Positions 33,341 to 44,264 of a DNA stretch of 64,000 nucleotides are shown here, in pieces. Each line of letters opens with the position of its first letter. Positions within the stretch are counted from its first letter, which is position 1. The notes under the pieces were generated by a model. It was not told where the DNA came from. It ran no database searches and saw nothing but the letters and a program-made list of their open reading frames with translations. Made by a program: the position numbers and the translations under genes. Source of the stretch: an uncultured Desulfobulbaceae bacterium (GTDB lineage: Bacteria; Desulfobacterota; Desulfobulbia; Desulfobulbales; BM004); contig CAMYKS010000005.1 in the NCBI GenBank assembly GCA_947259115.1, positions 410 through 64,409 on the forward strand. Reading direction: 5' to 3'.

Positions 33341-34738
33341 ATGCATTATATTAGCACCCGGGGTGGAATTTCCCCGATACCATTTAAGGAAGCAGTTATG
33401 ATGGGCCTGGCCAGGGACGGAGGTCTTCTGCTGCCGGAAATTCTGCCGCAGGTTGCCCCGGAAACTCTCAGCCGCTGGCACTCATGTTCCTTTCAGGAGC
33501 TGGCCTCGGAAATCTTCCGGCTCTTTATTACCGACATTGGAGCTGAACAACTCGATGAACTCATTACCAGGTCATACTCCACCTTCACTCACCCTGAAAT
33601 TACACCGGTGGTGAAAAAGGGTGAAATGTTTATCCTGGAGCTCTTCCATGGTCCCACCCTGGCCTTCAAGGATGTGGCTTTACAGTTTCTCGGCAATGTC
33701 TTTGAGTGTATTCTTGAAGAGACCGGCAGCAGGATGAACATAATCGGCGCCACTTCCGGTGATACCGGTTCAGCAGCGATTTATGGAGTACGCGGCAAAG
33801 AACGCATCAATATTTTTATCCTGCACCCCCATAAACGGGTGAGCCCCATCCAGGAACTCCAGATGACAACGGTCACTGACCCCAATGTCTTCAACCTTGC
33901 GATCAGGGGCACCTTTGACGACGGCCAGGCCATTGTCAAAGCCATTTTTAATGACATCCCCTTCAAAGACAAATATTCTCTGGGGGCGGTCAATTCCATC
34001 AACTGGGCCCGCATTCTGGCCCAGGTCGTCTACTATATATTTGCCTGGTGCACAATAAAGCAAAAAACCGGAAAGGAGTCCCTCGACTTTTCCGTGCCCA
34101 CGGGAAATTTCGGGGATATTTTTGCCGGCTATATTGCCAAGAATCTTCTGCCCCAGGGGGCAATTCGCAGGCTCATCCTGGCAACCAATGAAAATAATCT
34201 CCTGACCCGCTTCGTCACCCGCGGGGATTACTCCGTTTCCGAGGTTGTTGCCACCAGTAGTCCTTCCATGGATATCCAGGTGGCAAGTAATTTTGAGCGT
34301 TATCTTTATTATCTCTACGGTTGTGACCCAGTGAGGACCAGAGAGGATTTTGGGCTTTTTTCAAAAAGCGGCAAACTTCATTTTGATGCGGATCTCCTGG
34401 ACAAAGTTCAACAGGACTTTGCCTCAAAAAGTGTCACAGAGGCTGAAACCCTGGACACCATCAGGACGTTTTACAAGGACCATAATTATCTTCTCGATCC
34501 CCATACTGCGGTCGGAGTTAACGCTGCCCAGGCACGCACTTCCAATGATATCCCGGTTGTCTGTCTTGCCACTGCCCATCCGGCCAAGTTCGGGGCCGCG
34601 GTTACAAGGGCCATTGGTAAAGCACCGATACTGCCGCCGGGGCTGGATGGACTGGAAGACAAGGAAAGCAGGTGTGAAGTGTTGGATCCCGATGTCAGGG
34701 TGGTGCAGGAGTATATCGCCCGCCATGCACTTTTATAG
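33341..34738 (+). CDS. thrC: Threonine synthase
   Basis: MHYISTRGG..., FHGPTLAFKDVALQ (PLP lysine), ATSGDTGSAA; length 465 aa. Confidence 0.93.
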   Translation: MHYISTRGGISPIPFKEAVMMGLARDGGLLLPEILPQVAPETLSRWHSCSFQELASEIFRLFITDIGAEQLDELITRSYSTFTHPEITPVVKKGEMFILELFHGPTLAFKDVALQFLGNVFECILEETGSRMNIIGATSGDTGSAAIYGVRGKERINIFILHPHKRVSPIQELQMTTVTDPNVFNLAIRGTFDDGQAIVKAIFNDIPFKDKYSLGAVNSINWARILAQVVYYIFAWCTIKQKTGKESLDFSVPTGNFGDIFAGYIAKNLLPQGAIRRLILATNENNLLTRFVTRGDYSVSEVVATSSPSMDIQVASNFERYLYYLYGCDPVRTREDFGLFSKSGKLHFDADLLDKVQQDFASKSVTEAETLDTIRTFYKDHNYLLDPHTAVGVNAAQARTSNDIPVVCLATAHPAKFGAAVTRAIGKAPILPPGLDGLEDKESRCEVLDPDVRVVQEYIARHALL

Positions 34739-34786
34739 AAAACATGGCTGCAGATAAAATTCTTAGCCTGCTGTGGATGGGTAAAA

Positions 34787-35620
34787 ATGAGAGAGATGCC
34801 GGACTATAAAGCAAAGGTCGAAGATGCCGTCAGCTTCCTGAAGGGCAGAATCAAGAGGCCTCCTGCAGTGGTTATCATTCTTGGCACCGGCCTCGGTTCC
34901 CTTATTGACTCCATGGAAGTTGATGTACAGCTGCCCTACCAGGATATCCCACACTTTCCCCAATCCACTGTGCCAGGCCACCACGGCAATCTTGTTTTCG
35001 GCACCTTAAGCGGCCGGGATGTAGCAGTACTGCAGGGTCGTTTTCATTACTATGAGGGGTATTCAACCAGGGAACTCACTTTGCCGCTCAGGGTTTTATC
35101 CTTGCTGGGAGCGGATATCCTTGTGCTCACAAATGCCGCCGGTGGACTCAACCCCGATTACACTCCCGGTACCATCATGGTAATCCGTGATCATCTCAAC
35201 TTCATTGGTGAAAACCCGCTTCGAGGTGCCAATATTGAAGAATGGGGCCCGCGCTTTCCGGACCTCTCCGAACCCTATGACAGAGCGCTCATGGGTGCAG
35301 CAATGGGAAGTGCTGAAAAAATACATTTAACCAATGTTACTTCAGGGGTTTATGTGGCCATACCGGGTCCCAGCCTGGAAACTCCGGCTGAAACCAGGTT
35401 TCTCCGTTCAGCCGGCGCCGATGCCGTCGGCATGTCATCCGTACCTGAGGTCATTGTGGCCAAACATGCCGGCATGAGAGTCCTTGCCCTTTCAGCTATA
35501 GCCAATGTCAACGACCCGGATAACTTTGTCCCCATCATGCTGGATGATATTATCAGGGCTGCCGGTGAAATAGAGCCGCTTTTACAGGAGCTGGTAAGGG
35601 AAACCTTATTAATTATTTAG
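34787..35620 (+). CDS. punA: Purine nucleoside phosphorylase (PNP/PunA family)
   Basis: VIILGTGLGSL, VPGHHGNLVFGTLSGRDVAVLQGRFHYYEGY, TNAAGGLN, GVYVAIPGPSLETPAE, GADAVGMSSVPE. Confidence 0.85.
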   Translation: MREMPDYKAKVEDAVSFLKGRIKRPPAVVIILGTGLGSLIDSMEVDVQLPYQDIPHFPQSTVPGHHGNLVFGTLSGRDVAVLQGRFHYYEGYSTRELTLPLRVLSLLGADILVLTNAAGGLNPDYTPGTIMVIRDHLNFIGENPLRGANIEEWGPRFPDLSEPYDRALMGAAMGSAEKIHLTNVTSGVYVAIPGPSLETPAETRFLRSAGADAVGMSSVPEVIVAKHAGMRVLALSAIANVNDPDNFVPIMLDDIIRAAGEIEPLLQELVRETLLII

Positions 35621-35636
35621 TTGCAATGGAGTTATT

Positions 35637-36968
35637 ATGAACCAGACAGGACACACTGCTGATCTTCTGGTCACCGGCAGACATCTTTACACTCAGGATG
35701 AGAGTAAAACCATTATCACCGATGGTGGTGTTGCCATCCTGCAGGACACCATTGTCGAAACCGGCTCTGCCTCTGATCTGGCAGCCAAATATCCTGCCGC
35801 CGAGCGGCTTGCTACTGAACACGGGTTGATCCTGCCCGGCCTGATAAACACTCATACCCATGCAGCCATGGCCTGTTTCCGCGGCCTGGCCGACGACCTT
35901 CCCCTTATGCAATGGCTGCAAGAGTATATCTTCCCGGTTGAGGCAAAGCTGACCGGTGATATGGTCTACCAGGCCACTCTTCTTTCCCTGGCTGAAATGA
36001 TAAAATCCGGCACAACCAGTTTCTGCGACATGTATCTCTTTGCCAAGGATGTGGCCCGTGCCACTGAAGAATCAGGGATGCGGGCCTGGATTGGGGAAGT
36101 CCTCTATGATTTCCCTTCGCCGAATTACGGTGGAATAGCAGCCGGATTCGAGTATGTGGAAGAGCTTTTTGGTATGTATTCCGGGCATCCCCTCATCAAT
36201 ATCACTGTAGATCCCCATGCTGTTTATACCTGCTCCCCTGACCTATTGCAGAACCTGAAAAAAAAGGCTGACAAACACGATGCCCTTTACATAATCCACC
36301 TGTCAGAAAACGATGAAGAGGTAAAGGGGACTAAGGAACGGTATGGAGCAAGCCCGGTTATGCATCTTGAAAACCTGGGACTCCTGGATAGCAGGGTTGT
36401 GGCAGACCACTGCGTCATGCTGACCGAGGAGGAAATTGCACTCCTGGCACAAAGAGGAGTTACGGTGGCCCATTGTCCGGAGAGCAACATGAAGCTCGCC
36501 TCGGGCATAGCGCCGGTGCCTCGGATGCTTGCAGCAGGTATTTCCGTGGGACTCGGCACCGACGGCAGCGCCAGCAACAACAATGTGGACTTGTTCGGGG
36601 AAATGAATTCAGCCGCCAAACTGCATAAAGTGATGAGCTTGGACCCTACGACCATGCCTGCTGAAACCGTGCTTGCAATGGCAACAATCGGTGGCGCCAC
36701 CACCCTTGGCGCTGAGAATGCAATCGGCAGCTTGGAGCCGGGCAAAAAGGCCGATCTCATTGTCCTAAATATGAACCAGCCCCACCTGACACCACTTTAT
36801 AATATACCTTCCCATATGGTATACGCTGCTCGGGGAGCGGATGTGATCCACTCAGTCATCAACGGTCGCTTGGTCATGAAAAACCGAATCCTGACAACCC
36901 TTGATGAGAAAGAAATACTCTCTGAAGTAGAGGCATTGGGTGAGAAAATCAAAAACATGAGAGGATAA
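35637..36968 (+). CDS. mtaD: Amidohydrolase, 5'-methylthioadenosine/S-adenosylhomocysteine deaminase-like
   Basis: PGLINTHTHAAM...RGLADD, IHLSEN, VADHCV, LGTDGSASNN. The metal-ligand pattern matches the MtaD/SsnA group. Confidence 0.8.
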   Translation: MNQTGHTADLLVTGRHLYTQDESKTIITDGGVAILQDTIVETGSASDLAAKYPAAERLATEHGLILPGLINTHTHAAMACFRGLADDLPLMQWLQEYIFPVEAKLTGDMVYQATLLSLAEMIKSGTTSFCDMYLFAKDVARATEESGMRAWIGEVLYDFPSPNYGGIAAGFEYVEELFGMYSGHPLINITVDPHAVYTCSPDLLQNLKKKADKHDALYIIHLSENDEEVKGTKERYGASPVMHLENLGLLDSRVVADHCVMLTEEEIALLAQRGVTVAHCPESNMKLASGIAPVPRMLAAGISVGLGTDGSASNNNVDLFGEMNSAAKLHKVMSLDPTTMPAETVLAMATIGGATTLGAENAIGSLEPGKKADLIVLNMNQPHLTPLYNIPSHMVYAARGADVIHSVINGRLVMKNRILTTLDEKEILSEVEALGEKIKNMRG

Positions 36969-37101
36969 ATACATTTGCAAGCGGTTATTTTTGAGGTAAG
37001 CTATATTATTAATTTGAACAGCAGCGATGAAGTTTGAGTGTTACAGATACTCTCTCGCCACTCCTGCGCTGAACTTTTTTATCAATTTATGAGGTGCCTC
37101 C

Positions 37102-37278
37102 ATGTTCGGACTTGGCATGCCTGAACTAGTCATTATCCTGGTAATTATTGTTATAATCTTTGGCGCCGGAAAGCTCCCTGAAATCGGCAGCGGGATAGGC
37201 AAAGGCATCAAGAATTTCAAAAATGCCACCAAGGACGAGGATAAAGAAAAGATTGAAAAGAAGGAAGAGGACGAATAG
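37102..37278 (+). CDS. tatA: Twin-arginine translocase subunit TatA/E (58 aa, below the ORF-track cutoff)
   Basis: Translated by hand: [58 protein letters not shown]; GAGGTG lies upstream. Confidence 0.85.
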   Translation: MFGLGMPELVIILVIIVIIFGAGKLPEIGSGIGKGIKNFKNATKDEDKEKIEKKEEDE

Positions 37279-37338
37279 TCCTGGAAAATTAATTTTCAGA
37301 GCTATAGTTTTTTTATATTTAATAGCAAGGAGTCACAT

Positions 37339-37590
37339 ATGTTTGGCCTAGGAACACCTGAACTTATCGTAATTCTCGGCATTGCCTTTCTGGTATTCGG
37401 CGGCAAAAAACTTCCTGAGATCGGTGCCGGACTTGGAAAAGGCATCAGCTCATTCAAAAAAGGCATAAAAGACGTTGAGGATGCCGGCAAAAACCTGGTA
37501 GAGGACAATGTACCCGGCGTTAAAGAGGTAAACAGCCTCAAAGAAGAGGTGGACAAGGCCAAGGACATCGGCAGTGTCTTAAAATCTTAA
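37339..37590 (+). CDS. tatA: Twin-arginine translocase subunit TatA/E, second copy
   Basis: MFGLGTPELIVILGIAFLVFGGKKLPEIGAGLGKGISSFKKGIKD... Confidence 0.85.
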   Translation: MFGLGTPELIVILGIAFLVFGGKKLPEIGAGLGKGISSFKKGIKDVEDAGKNLVEDNVPGVKEVNSLKEEVDKAKDIGSVLKS

Positions 37591-37725
37591 AAAACATTGT
37601 CCTTCTGCTTTCATGCTGTGTTGTCTGACTTCTCAAAATGCACATGTACGTTCAAGTACATTGCACTTTTGCAAAACCCTCCGCCTGGCCTGAAACCAAA
37701 ATAATCAGTTTTTTTTTATAATTTA

Positions 37726-39027
37726 CTACAGTACCCGTTTATCAATAACCCGCTGTCCTTTACCCTCGAAGCGTTCGAGGTTTTTTTCCTCCACCAGTTT
37801 CACATCCACTGAGATTCCGAGCTCTGATGCCAGCCGTTTCTTTATGGTATCCACCAGCTTGCGCTGTTTCTTCATCTCGTCAAAGAAAATTGATTCCATG
37901 ACCTCCACGAGCACGGTGGCCTTATCCTGGTGATTCTCGCGTTCGATCTCGATACGGTAATGGGGTTCGGTCCCCTCAATTTCAAAAAGCACATTCTCTA
38001 TCTGGGTGGGGAAGACATTCACCCCTTTGATTATGAGCATATCATCGGTGCGCCCCAGGATCCTGGTCATACGGTAATTTGTCCTGCCGCAGGCACAGGG
38101 TTCGGTTATAAGCCTTGTCAGGTCGCGCGTCCTGTAGCGAATGACCGGAAAGGCCTCCTTGGTCAGGGTGGTAATAACCAGCTCCCCGACCTCTCCGGGT
38201 TGGACCGGCTCCAGTGTGTTGGGATTGATCACTTCAGCAAGGAAATGATCTTCGTTTATGTGCAGCCCTTTGCACTCCAAGCATTCTCCGGCAACACCCG
38301 GCCCCATCACCTCGCTCAAACCATAGTTGTCAGTAGCCTGAATATTGAGTTTATTATTGATCTCTGTGCGCATGGCCTCAGACCAGGGTTCAGCCCCGAA
38401 CAGTCCCCATTTCAAAGAAAGGCCGTTTACATTAATTCCCATGTCCAGCATGGTGTCGGCAATCATCAGGGCATAACTGGGGGTGCAGACCAGAGCCGTG
38501 GTTTTAAAATCCTGCATAATCTGGATCTGGCGCTTGGTGTTGCCGCTTGAAATAGGAATAACCGAGGCCCCTAAACGTTCTGCGCCGTAGTGGAGCCCAA
38601 AGCCACCGGTGAAAAGACCATAACCAAAGGCAATCTGGATGACATCATCTTTGCTTACCCCTGCTGCCGTAAGAATACGGGCAACCAGATCAGACCAGTT
38701 TTTGACATCATTCCGGGTATAGCCCACAACCGTTGCCATCCCCGTTGTTCCTGAGGATGAATGTATCCTGACAATATCACGCAGCGGCACTGCAAAAAGC
38801 CCGTATGGATAATTCCGGCGCAGGTCATCCTTAACGGTGAAAGGCAGGCTGCTTAATTCTTGCAGCGACCTGAATCCGTCAGGATCAAGGTTAATCTCCT
38901 TAAACCTGTTCCTGTAGAACGGCACATGGGTGGCCACGCGGTAAATGGTTGACTGCAGCCTCTCAAGCTGCAATTGCTCCAGATCTTCCCTTGCCATGCA
39001 CTCCCTGTCTTCTTCCCAGTACTTCAT
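37726..39027 (-). CDS. paaK: Phenylacetate-CoA ligase family (aryl/acyl-CoA ligase, PaaK-like)
   Basis: [50 protein letters not shown]...C.CGRT; 433 aa. Confidence 0.85.
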   Translation of the reverse strand: MKYWEEDRECMAREDLEQLQLERLQSTIYRVATHVPFYRNRFKEINLDPDGFRSLQELSSLPFTVKDDLRRNYPYGLFAVPLRDIVRIHSSSGTTGMATVVGYTRNDVKNWSDLVARILTAAGVSKDDVIQIAFGYGLFTGGFGLHYGAERLGASVIPISSGNTKRQIQIMQDFKTTALVCTPSYALMIADTMLDMGINVNGLSLKWGLFGAEPWSEAMRTEINNKLNIQATDNYGLSEVMGPGVAGECLECKGLHINEDHFLAEVINPNTLEPVQPGEVGELVITTLTKEAFPVIRYRTRDLTRLITEPCACGRTNYRMTRILGRTDDMLIIKGVNVFPTQIENVLFEIEGTEPHYRIEIERENHQDKATVLVEVMESIFFDEMKKQRKLVDTIKKRLASELGISVDVKLVEEKNLERFEGKGQRVIDKRVL

Positions 39028-39095
39028 GATTTATCTCCTACAATTCTTTAAAAGCCGCCTGCCGTTTTACCGTTTTTGCAAGGTCTAGTGACCTG

Positions 39096-39204
39096 AAGTG
39101 CCTAAAGTGAGCTAAAGTTTAAAGTGACTAAAATTTTGAACCAGCCATATTGAATAATCGTCTTATCAACTTTAGGCACTTGCAACTTCTAACTTTAGTC
39201 ACTT
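39096..39204. repeat. Intercistronic inverted-repeat element built from AAGTGNCTAAAGT units
   Basis: AAGTGCCTAAAGT (39096-108) and AAGTGACTAAAAT (39122-134) face ACTTTAGGCACTT (39169-181, an exact complement of the first) and ACTTTAGTCACTT (39192-204). Related AAAGT(G/T) units lie between them. Confidence 0.6.
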
Positions 39205-39208
39205 CTTC

Positions 39209-39928
39209 TTAATCGGTTTCGCGGCCCAAATAGGCCCGCTGCACATCCCGGTTCTGCAGGAGGTCTTGAGCAGCTCCCTGCAGGATTATCTTACCTGTTT
39301 CCAAAACATAACCACGATCAGCTATACCAAGAGCCGCTTTAGCATTCTGCTCAACCAGCAGCACAGTGTTTCCCTCGTCCCGGAGCCTTAAGATTACCTT
39401 GAAAATATTTTTTACAATAAGCGGCGCCAGTCCGGTTGATGGTTCATCCATCATGATAAGTGAAGGTTTGGCCATCAGGGCCCGGCCCATGGCCAGCATC
39501 TGCTGTTCACCGCCTGATAGCGTACCGGCCAACTGCCTGTCCCGTTCTTTTAATACCGGGAACAGTTCATAGACCCTTGCAATTTCTGCATCAATGCCCC
39601 CCATGGTCTTTTTAGCCAGGACATAGCCGCCTAAAATCAGATTCTCCTCCACCGTCATAGTAGAAAAAACCTGCCTGCCTTCCGGAACAAGTGAGCAGCC
39701 TGATGCAACAATCTTTTCCGGTGCAATCCTGCCCAGATTATTGTCTTTAAAAAGAATCTCGCCGGAAGAGACTTTGACAAGACCGTTAATGGTGTGCAGC
39801 AGTGTGGTTTTACCGGCTCCGTTTGCCCCGATGATGGTGACAATCTCTCCAGGGTCCACATGCATGGAAATGCGTTTCAGCACCCGCAGTTTACCATAAC
39901 CGGCTTCAAGGTTTCTTACTTTCAGCAT
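39209..39928 (-). CDS. livF: Branched-chain amino acid ABC transporter ATP-binding protein (LivF-like)
   Basis: [38 protein letters not shown] end motif. Confidence 0.9.
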   Translation of the reverse strand: MLKVRNLEAGYGKLRVLKRISMHVDPGEIVTIIGANGAGKTTLLHTINGLVKVSSGEILFKDNNLGRIAPEKIVASGCSLVPEGRQVFSTMTVEENLILGGYVLAKKTMGGIDAEIARVYELFPVLKERDRQLAGTLSGGEQQMLAMGRALMAKPSLIMMDEPSTGLAPLIVKNIFKVILRLRDEGNTVLLVEQNAKAALGIADRGYVLETGKIILQGAAQDLLQNRDVQRAYLGRETD

Positions 39929-40104
39929 GGTGTTTATCTAGTTATTATTTAAAAAAGAATTTTGAATAAAGAACAAGGAATTCCGAAGTTTGAAGTTTTT
40001 GAATTTAATTCTGCAGTTCGACATTCGTTATTCGATATTCTGCTGTTCTCTTTTCCAATATTCTCTCTCTTTATTCTTCACTCTAAAATCTAAATTCTAA
40101 AACA

Positions 40105-40869
40105 CTAAACATCCTCATACCCTAGGTAGATGCGGATTACTTCCTCATTCTGCTGAATATTATGGGGCAGGTCTTCAGCAATCTTCTCTCCAAAGCTTAA
40201 AACTACGATCTCATCGGAGATATCCATGACCAGGGACATGTCATGCTCTACAAGCAGGATAGTTATGCCGCTTTCCCGGATTTTTGATATAAGGCGCCCG
40301 ATTTCAGCCGTTTCATAAATATTCAGGCCGGCTGCCGGTTCATCAAGCAGAAGCAGGGTCGGTTCTGTGGCAAGAGCCCGGGCAAACTCCACTCCGCGCT
40401 GCTGGCCGAATGCAAGGTTGCTGACCTCAATGTCCGCACAATCGGCCACCCCGAGAAGATCAAGATACTCCATGGATCTATCTTTAATCTGCTTCTCCTC
40501 AGGCCATGTCCAGGGAAGATTCAGCATTCCGGCCATGAACCCGGCTTTGCTTCTGATGTGTCTTCCGAGCATGACATTTTCCAGGGCGGTCATGCCATGA
40601 AAAAGTTTTATGTTCTGATAGGTTCTTGAAATCCCGAGCCTGGCAATCTGGTAAGGCTTGCGTCCGTTTATCTTCGTACTGTTAAAATTAACTGTTCCGG
40701 AGTTTGCGGGCAGATTTCCGGCAATCAGATTAAACAGCGTTGTCTTGCCGGCGCCGTTCGGTCCAATAACTGCCTTAATCATGCCCTGCTCCACACTGAA
40801 GCTGACATTGTTCACAGCATGCAGGCCACCGAAATGCCGATTCAGGTTATCTATTTCAAGAAGAGCCAC
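40105..40869 (-). CDS. livG: Branched-chain amino acid ABC transporter ATP-binding protein (LivG-like)
   Basis: [49 protein letters not shown]. Confidence 0.9.
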   Translation of the reverse strand: MALLEIDNLNRHFGGLHAVNNVSFSVEQGMIKAVIGPNGAGKTTLFNLIAGNLPANSGTVNFNSTKINGRKPYQIARLGISRTYQNIKLFHGMTALENVMLGRHIRSKAGFMAGMLNLPWTWPEEKQIKDRSMEYLDLLGVADCADIEVSNLAFGQQRGVEFARALATEPTLLLLDEPAAGLNIYETAEIGRLISKIRESGITILLVEHDMSLVMDISDEIVVLSFGEKIAEDLPHNIQQNEEVIRIYLGYEDV

Positions 40870-40953
40870 CTGCTATTATTCCTTGTCCGCTTTTTTAAAA
40901 TCATGCGACATTCCTGCATATTGCATATTATTCCGTTCCATAAAGCATCCTGC

Positions 40954-42048
40954 TCATTCTGTTGTATTTTCACCGGGCTTCGCTGCCAGGAGAGAGAATA
41001 ACGATTTTAGCCGCTGCCAGGGGTTGATATTCAAAATCCCCTCCGGGGCAAAAAGCATGATAACAATCAGAATAACCCCAAAAACAGCATCATCATAAGA
41101 GCCGAACACACCCCGCAGAGAGAGAAAGTTCAGTACTATTCCCATGATAAGCGCCCCCCAGAGATTGGCCATGCCGCCCACTGCAACAATGGCGACATAG
41201 CGAACCGACTTCATGACCCCTGCCTCAGAAGGTCCGATGCCGCCATTATAATGGGTGACAAGCACTCCGGCAAGGGCCGCGAATACAGCACTTAATACAA
41301 ATATATACAGCTTGTAGCGGGCCGTATTGACCCCCATGGCATTGGCAGCCTCCTCCGCACCGTGAATGGAGCGCAGAGCCCTGCCCACCCTGGAATGTAT
41401 GAGGTTGAGCAGCAGGATAATGCCCATGATAACTACCATCCAGGCTATATAATAATTTAACACCCGGGCTCCAAAACTGCCGCTTACTTCAAGGCCTGGC
41501 AGCAGCTTGAAACTGGGAACCCCGGAGATGCCGTCAGCCTCTCCGAAGTATGCGCTGGCAAGGGCAATACGAAAAATAATTATACCGAAACCCAGGGTTG
41601 CCATGGCAAGATAATGGCCTTTCAATTTCAATACAGGCCCGCCTATCGCCAAGGCAATGATGCCGGCGGTGAACACCGCAACAATACACGCCGCCCATGG
41701 CTCAACGGTCAGAAGGTCGCCACCGTAAAGATCCTTGCTGGCAACCAGCAGGCCGATTTTATGCAAAAATGCTACCAGCCCATGACTCTTAATTGGTAGC
41801 AGGCTATGGGTTGTCAGGGCCCCGGCCAGGTAGCCGCCAATGGCAAAAAAACCTGCATGCCCCAGTGATATCTGGCCGCCATAGCCCATGAGTACGCATA
41901 AACCGATGACCACAACCGAGTAATAAGCTGACATGGTCAACTGGGTCAGATAATAGCTCGTTTCCGTAAAATGGGTGATAAGCTGAACAGCTACCACCAG
42001 GGCCAGCAGAAAAAGAACCGGGATGTATCTTTTCCACAGATCCATCAA
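40954..42048 (-). CDS. livM: Branched-chain amino acid ABC transporter permease (LivM-like)
   Basis: Polytopic; [19 protein letters not shown] is typical of LivM. Overlaps livH by 4 nt. Confidence 0.85.
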   Translation of the reverse strand: MMDLWKRYIPVLFLLALVVAVQLITHFTETSYYLTQLTMSAYYSVVVIGLCVLMGYGGQISLGHAGFFAIGGYLAGALTTHSLLPIKSHGLVAFLHKIGLLVASKDLYGGDLLTVEPWAACIVAVFTAGIIALAIGGPVLKLKGHYLAMATLGFGIIIFRIALASAYFGEADGISGVPSFKLLPGLEVSGSFGARVLNYYIAWMVVIMGIILLLNLIHSRVGRALRSIHGAEEAANAMGVNTARYKLYIFVLSAVFAALAGVLVTHYNGGIGPSEAGVMKSVRYVAIVAVGGMANLWGALIMGIVLNFLSLRGVFGSYDDAVFGVILIVIMLFAPEGILNINPWQRLKSLFSLLAAKPGENTTE

Positions 42049-42950
42049 AATTCCTTCAGGCCTGCTGCCTCACTGCTGCCGAACAGGCCGTGCGGCCTGA
42101 CAAACAGTATAAGGAGCAAAATGGAGGTGGCAATGGCGTCCTGAAATGCCAGGGGCAGTACAGAGACGGAAAAGGCTTCAATTATACCGAGCAGCAGACC
42201 GGCTGCAACTGCGGCCAGGCTGTTGCCCAAACCGCCCAGGATCGCAACGGTAAAGCCCTTGATTGCCAGGTTCGGTCCCATTTCATAGTCGGAATAGGTA
42301 ATGGGAGACATGACACAGCCCGCCACCGCCCCTATGCCTGCCGAGAGCACAAAGGACAGGGTAACCATGTTTTTCGCATTAATACCGCACAGTGTCGCTG
42401 CTCTCCTGTTAGCGGCACAGGCCCGCATCTCACGGCCCAGGGAGGTGAACTTGAAGAAAAGGCTCAGGCCTGCAACCATGAGGGAGCAGACACCGATGAC
42501 CCAAAGAACCTGGGGAGATATCTTCGCCCCCAGGATGGTGACCGATGTCACCTCGTTGCCGATGAAATAGGGCAGGGCCCGTACACTTTCACCCCAGGTA
42601 TGCAGTGCCGCTTCACGGGCCAGGATTGATATTCCGATGGTGATGATGATCATGCGCAGCACCGACGGACTCTCCAGCCAGCGGATAAAGACCATCTCTA
42701 TCAGCGCCCCGATTACCATGGTGATGAGTACGGCCACCGCAATCGCAAGAGGCATAGGCATAAAAGCGGTCATGGTTATGGCGGTCATGCCGCCAAGCAT
42801 GACAAACTCACCCTGGGCAAAATTAATGATACCCGTGGTGTTGTATATGATGTTAAAGCCGATGGCCACTATGGCATAGATAATGCCATAGGTGATGCCG
42901 GCAAACAGGTACTGTATGAAAAGTTCAGGAGTCATGCGCAGGTACTGCAT
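42045..42950 (-). CDS. livH: Branched-chain amino acid ABC transporter permease (LivH-like)
   Basis: IINFAQGEFVMLGG, LAIKGFTVAILGGLGN. Confidence 0.85.
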   Translation of the reverse strand: MQYLRMTPELFIQYLFAGITYGIIYAIVAIGFNIIYNTTGIINFAQGEFVMLGGMTAITMTAFMPMPLAIAVAVLITMVIGALIEMVFIRWLESPSVLRMIIITIGISILAREAALHTWGESVRALPYFIGNEVTSVTILGAKISPQVLWVIGVCSLMVAGLSLFFKFTSLGREMRACAANRRAATLCGINAKNMVTLSFVLSAGIGAVAGCVMSPITYSDYEMGPNLAIKGFTVAILGGLGNSLAAVAAGLLLGIIEAFSVSVLPLAFQDAIATSILLLILFVRPHGLFGSSEAAGLKEF

Positions 42951-42959
42951 ACAGGAAAA

Positions 42960-42989
42960 GGGGCGGAGATACGATATGTTCTCCGCCCC
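42960..42989 (-). terminator. Intercistronic hairpin / attenuator after the binding-protein gene
   Basis: GGGGCGGAGA (42960-69) pairs with TCTCCGCCCC (42980-89), a perfect 10-bp stem. On the minus-strand RNA it is followed by UUUUCCUGU. It lies between livK-like and livH. Confidence 0.65.
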
Positions 42990-43019
42990 TGCTGCTAGTT
43001 GATCAATAACTACTTTGAA

Positions 43020-44186
43020 TTACTTATGATAAATGGCAAACTTGCCGTCTTTTACCGTCAGCATCTCAAAGGAATTTATATCCAGGCCGTTATGATCTTG
43101 CGGTGAGAAATTGAAAACCCCGGCAGTACCGGCAACACCCTGCAGGTTTTCAATGGCATCCCGTACTTTCTCTTTATCAAGGCCGACCTTTTCAATGGCT
43201 GCAACAAGAATGGTGAGAGCATCATAGGCGTGGCCGCCGAAGGTGGAAACCTTATCCTCCGGATATTTTGTCTCATAGTCAATGAGATACCGAACCAGCA
43301 GCTGCTTCTGAGGATTATCCTCGGGCAGGCTGTTGGCGATGAGCAGACGACCGGCCGGGAAAATAATACCTTCTGCAGCGGCACCACCCACTTCAACATA
43401 TTTGATATTGCCGAAGCCGTGGCTCTGGAACAGGGGCACATCCCAACCTGCCTGCCTCATGTTCTTGGCCAGGATACCCTGAGCCGGAACAATCGACCAG
43501 TTAACCACGGCCTGGATGTCCTTGTTGGCCATGAGCTTTGCAACTACAGCCGAGAGGTCTGTGGCCTTTTTGTCATATACTTCTGAGGCCAGGATATCAA
43601 TACCGAATTCGGGAGCAATTTTTTCAAGCTGCCCCTTGCCTGCATTACCGAAACCGGTATTCCCTGTCAGGACTGCTATTTTACTGATACCCAGGTCTTT
43701 CATTGTACCGTAGATCTTCTGTACTGCATGGCTGTCCTTCTGCGGTGTCTTAAATACATATTTTGCCACTGGGTTGACGATCACCTCAGCAGCGGCGCAG
43801 GAAAGAAGGATCATTTTTGCTTCTTCGACGATATTTTTGATCTTCATGGTTTCGCCGCTGGTGGAAGGGCCGATGATTGCAAAAACCTTTTCTTCCTCAA
43901 TGAGCTGCTTGGTGAAAGAAATGGCCTTTTCCGGATTGGCCCCGGAATCCTTGATGATCAAATCTATTTTGTTGCCGTTGATGCCGCCTTTAGCATTGAT
44001 GGCTTCAACCATCATCTCCAGGGTCCTGGCCTCCGGGCCGCCCAGGAAAGAAGCGCCACCGGTAACAGCCAGAATGGCCCCCACCTTGATATTCTCTGCC
44101 TTGGCAGCTGACACTGGTGAAAAACCAGCCACCAGGCAAAACGAAATTACTACTGTTACTACTGAACTCAAAACTCGCTTCATCAC
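43020..44186 (-). CDS. ABC transporter periplasmic substrate-binding protein (Leu/Ile/Val-binding family)
   Basis: Signal peptide, then IKVGAILAVTGGASFLGGPEARTLEMMVEAINAKGGINGNKIDLIIKDSG, typical of the LivK/Peripla_BP_6 family. Confidence 0.85.
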   Translation of the reverse strand: MMKRVLSSVVTVVISFCLVAGFSPVSAAKAENIKVGAILAVTGGASFLGGPEARTLEMMVEAINAKGGINGNKIDLIIKDSGANPEKAISFTKQLIEEEKVFAIIGPSTSGETMKIKNIVEEAKMILLSCAAAEVIVNPVAKYVFKTPQKDSHAVQKIYGTMKDLGISKIAVLTGNTGFGNAGKGQLEKIAPEFGIDILASEVYDKKATDLSAVVAKLMANKDIQAVVNWSIVPAQGILAKNMRQAGWDVPLFQSHGFGNIKYVEVGGAAAEGIIFPAGRLLIANSLPEDNPQKQLLVRYLIDYETKYPEDKVSTFGGHAYDALTILVAAIEKVGLDKEKVRDAIENLQGVAGTAGVFNFSPQDHNGLDINSFEMLTVKDGKFAIYHK

Positions 44187-44264
44187 GTTTCAACCTCCTT
44201 ATTGGATTTAGCTTACAGGATTATTGTCCTTTCATAGAAAACAACACTCCCCCCTGTAAATAGC

